Below are positions 40,151 through 42,090 of a stretch of 42,090 nucleotides of DNA, piece after piece. The notes under the pieces were generated by a model that had not been told where the DNA came from, ran no database searches, and worked only from the letters and a program-made list of their open reading frames with translations. How positions within the stretch are numbered: the stretch's first letter is position 1; every line of letters begins with the position of its first letter. Location: the NCBI GenBank assembly GCA_009694755.1, contig SICU01000002.1, forward strand, positions 1 to 42,090, read 5' to 3'. The stretch is from Candidatus Pacearchaeota archaeon. GTDB taxonomy: Archaea > Nanobdellota > Nanobdellia > Pacearchaeales > GW2011-AR1. The translations under genes and the position numbers were made by a program.

Positions 40151-41629
40151 ATGAAATTGTTAATTAAAATTTTAAAGATAAAGGCAGGAAAACCTATCGC
40201 TTTTATTCACGAAGATTCTGCAAATAAATTAAACATTCATATTGGCGATAGAGTAATTTTATCAAAAAATAAAATTAAGATTATAGCCGTCGTAGATATT
40301 ACAAAAGGATTTATCAAGAAAGGCGAAGTTGCGATTTCAGAAGAGTTACATGACGCTTTAGGTGCGATTCAAGGGTTCATAGAAGTAACTCCAGCAGGAA
40401 TTCCAGAGAGTTCAAGAATCTTACAAGAAAAGTTAGACTGTCGTCAATATTCTGCAAAAGAATTGGAAGAGATAATTAAAGATATAGTGAACAATAATCT
40501 TTCAGAAGCAGAAATCGCATATTTTATTTCCGGAATTAATCATTGTCAAATGTCTGAAACGGAAATTTTATATTTAACAAATGCAATAGTTAAAACAGGT
40601 AATAAAATTAAATGGCCTTACAAAATAGTTGCAGATAAACATTCTATCGGCGGAATTCCTGCAAATCGCACAACTCCATTAGTAGTTTCTATTTGTGCAG
40701 CTGCGGGAGTAATAATGCCTAAAACTTCTTCAAGAGCAATAACCTCGGCAGCAGGAACTGCGGACACAGTTGAAGCCATCGCATCAGTATCTTTTTCAAT
40801 AGCACAATTAAAAAAAATAGTCAAAAAAACGGGAGCATGTTTAGCTTGGGGAGGTTCTTTAGGTTTAGCACCAGCAGACGATAAATTAATCCGCGTTGAA
40901 AAAATGTTACGTTTAGATCCTGAAGCACAATTACTTGCTTCAATTTTAGCTAAAAAAGTAGCTGTAGGTAGCACGCATGTTTTAATTGATATTCCTTATG
41001 GCAACGGTGCAAAAGTTTCAAAGTCTCGAGCAGAACATTTGAAAAAAATGTTTGAGCATTTAGGGAAAAAATTAAATCTTATAATGAAAGTTGTAATCAC
41101 TGAAGGTTATGAGCCAATCGGCAACGGAGTTGGCCCAATTTTAGAAATAAAAGATATTTTGCGCGTTTTAAAACAAGATAATTCTCCAAAAGATTTAGAA
41201 CAAAAGTCAATATATCTTGCAGGTTTAATTTTAGAAATGGTTGGAAAATCCAAAAAAAATCAAGGACAAATTAGAGCTCGCGAAATTCTTTATAGTGGTA
41301 AAGCATACGAAAAATTTTGCGAAATAATTCAAGCCCAAGGAGGAGATCCAAAAACGTGGCTCCCAGAAGCAAAATATAATTACACATTTATTTCAAAAGA
41401 TTCCGGAATAATAAAACAAATAAGTAATCAAGGAATAAATTATTTAGCAAGATTAACTGGATGTCCAAAGGATAAATCTTCGGGAGTTTATATTTACAAA
41501 CACGTCGGAGAAACAATAAAATTCAAAGAAAATATCCTTACAATTTACGCAGAATCCAAAGATAAATTAAATCAAGCGATGAAATTTTTCAAAAAAGAAA
41601 AACCAATTATTATATCAAAAAACGTTTAA
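40151..41629 (+). CDS. deoA: AMP phosphorylase (archaeal thymidine-phosphorylase-family enzyme with N-terminal extra domain)
   Basis: 492 aa. The N-terminal barrel-like domain (LKIKAGKPIAFIHEDSANKLNIHIGDRVIL) precedes the glycosyl-transferase family 3 core (DKHSIGGIPANRTTPLVVSICAAAG, SSRAITSAAGTADTVE, PADDKLIRVEK). Confidence 0.8.
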   Translation: MKLLIKILKIKAGKPIAFIHEDSANKLNIHIGDRVILSKNKIKIIAVVDITKGFIKKGEVAISEELHDALGAIQGFIEVTPAGIPESSRILQEKLDCRQYSAKELEEIIKDIVNNNLSEAEIAYFISGINHCQMSETEILYLTNAIVKTGNKIKWPYKIVADKHSIGGIPANRTTPLVVSICAAAGVIMPKTSSRAITSAAGTADTVEAIASVSFSIAQLKKIVKKTGACLAWGGSLGLAPADDKLIRVEKMLRLDPEAQLLASILAKKVAVGSTHVLIDIPYGNGAKVSKSRAEHLKKMFEHLGKKLNLIMKVVITEGYEPIGNGVGPILEIKDILRVLKQDNSPKDLEQKSIYLAGLILEMVGKSKKNQGQIRAREILYSGKAYEKFCEIIQAQGGDPKTWLPEAKYNYTFISKDSGIIKQISNQGINYLARLTGCPKDKSSGVYIYKHVGETIKFKENILTIYAESKDKLNQAMKFFKKEKPIIISKNV

Positions 41630-41747
41630 ATTTAATCCATTATTCTTTTGATATTCTATAAAAAAGATATAACTCAATAAAATTCGGTTTTTTACTTATC
41701 CTCTAGCAAACACAAATCTTTTTATATAATAAATTATAAAAAATAAT

Positions 41748-42023
41748 ATGAAAAAAGAAGAAACATATATTGACAGCACAGTCAATTACATAAAAAAGAA
41801 TTTAATCAAAGGTTATAATCGTGAATCTTTGAAATGGGCTTTGATGAGTCAAGGCAAACCTAGAATGGAAGTAGAAAAAGCATTTCGGCAAGCTGATGCT
41901 GAAATTTCCCGAGATGCTCAATTAGCAAGACAACAACAAGCTTCAATAGCTCCACCTCCAATGATTGAAACTATTCAAGAAGAACCTAAACGTGGTTTCT
42001 TATCGAGATTATTCGGAATTTAA
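41748..42023 (+). CDS. hypothetical small protein
   Basis: A 91-aa ORF with TTTATATA 20-27 nt upstream. It has an N-terminal helical region (YIKKNLIKGYNRESLKWALMSQG) and a Gln/Pro-rich tail. I do not recognise a family. Confidence 0.4.
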   Translation: MKKEETYIDSTVNYIKKNLIKGYNRESLKWALMSQGKPRMEVEKAFRQADAEISRDAQLARQQQASIAPPPMIETIQEEPKRGFLSRLFGI

Positions 42024-42090
42024 TTTTTTATATAGATATTTTATAAACTATGTTAAACAGAAATTATATATGTGGTCAGTTGAAAAACAT

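Noticed and set aside
1-42090. I looked for transposases, integrases, toxin-antitoxin pairs, restriction-modification or other defence genes, prophage genes, and rRNA or tRNA genes.
   Set aside because: No ORF shows the corresponding motifs, and no GC-rich structured segment typical of stable RNAs in AT-rich genomes is visible. The absence is stated from reading by eye only; tRNAscan or Infernal and defence-system HMMs would be needed to confirm it.

Overview
Strongly AT-rich, gene-dense window that is archaeal. It carries the archaea/eukaryote-specific ribosomal proteins S4e, L19e and L32e, an AglB/STT3 oligosaccharyltransferase with a WWDYGYW motif, prefoldin alpha, aSUI1 and a DUF106 insertase. 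The small, compact, low-GC genome style suggests a DPANN-like lineage, but that is inference only.

Left half (about 1-21.2 kb): a glycosylation island. An AglB-led operon of overlapping genes encodes a flippase, a Dol-P-sugar synthase-like GT2, two more GT2s and a methyltransferase. There is also a divergent GT4 plus ArnT/PMT-like GT-C pair. A nine-gene overlapped operon (3160-11169, minus strand) combines a sugar oxidoreductase, a DegT aminotransferase and a hexapeptide acyltransferase with an acyl carrier protein, its holo-ACP synthase, an adenylating ligase, LuxE-like and LuxC-like enzymes and an Fe-alcohol dehydrogenase. This is a carrier-protein-dependent acyl-amino-sugar module of bacterial type, which is unexpected in an archaeon.

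Right half (about 23.3-37.5 kb, minus strand): the canonical archaeal L3-L4-L23-L2-S19-L22-S3-L29-SUI1-S17-L14-L24-S4e-L5-S14-S8-L6-L32e-L19e-L18-S5-L30-L15 cluster, then SecY, DUF106 and prefoldin alpha. This operon shows several non-canonical features:
- Four intercistronic inserts (S17/L14, S8/L6, L19e/L18, L18/S5) are each bounded by 17-19 nt direct repeats of the native stop/start junction.
- Each insert forms a mini-ORF (21, 50, 21 and 25 codons) whose start abuts or overlaps the upstream stop and whose stop abuts or overlaps the downstream start.
- Two of the inserts are a perfect 93-bp repeat that also encodes identical C-terminal octapeptides on S17 and L19e.
- An acidic 63-aa CxC...CxxC zinc-ribbon gene is translationally coupled between L30 and L15.
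- An opposite-strand VIT1/CCC1-like gene splits L15 from SecY.

The flanks carry a SpoIIM-like membrane protein, an eIF-2B-family (ribose-1,5-bisphosphate isomerase-like) gene, DoxX, an orphan, an AI-2E transporter and an archaeal-type AMP phosphorylase. I found no rRNA, tRNA, CRISPR array or recognisable transposase. All family assignments come from motif recall, not from searches.
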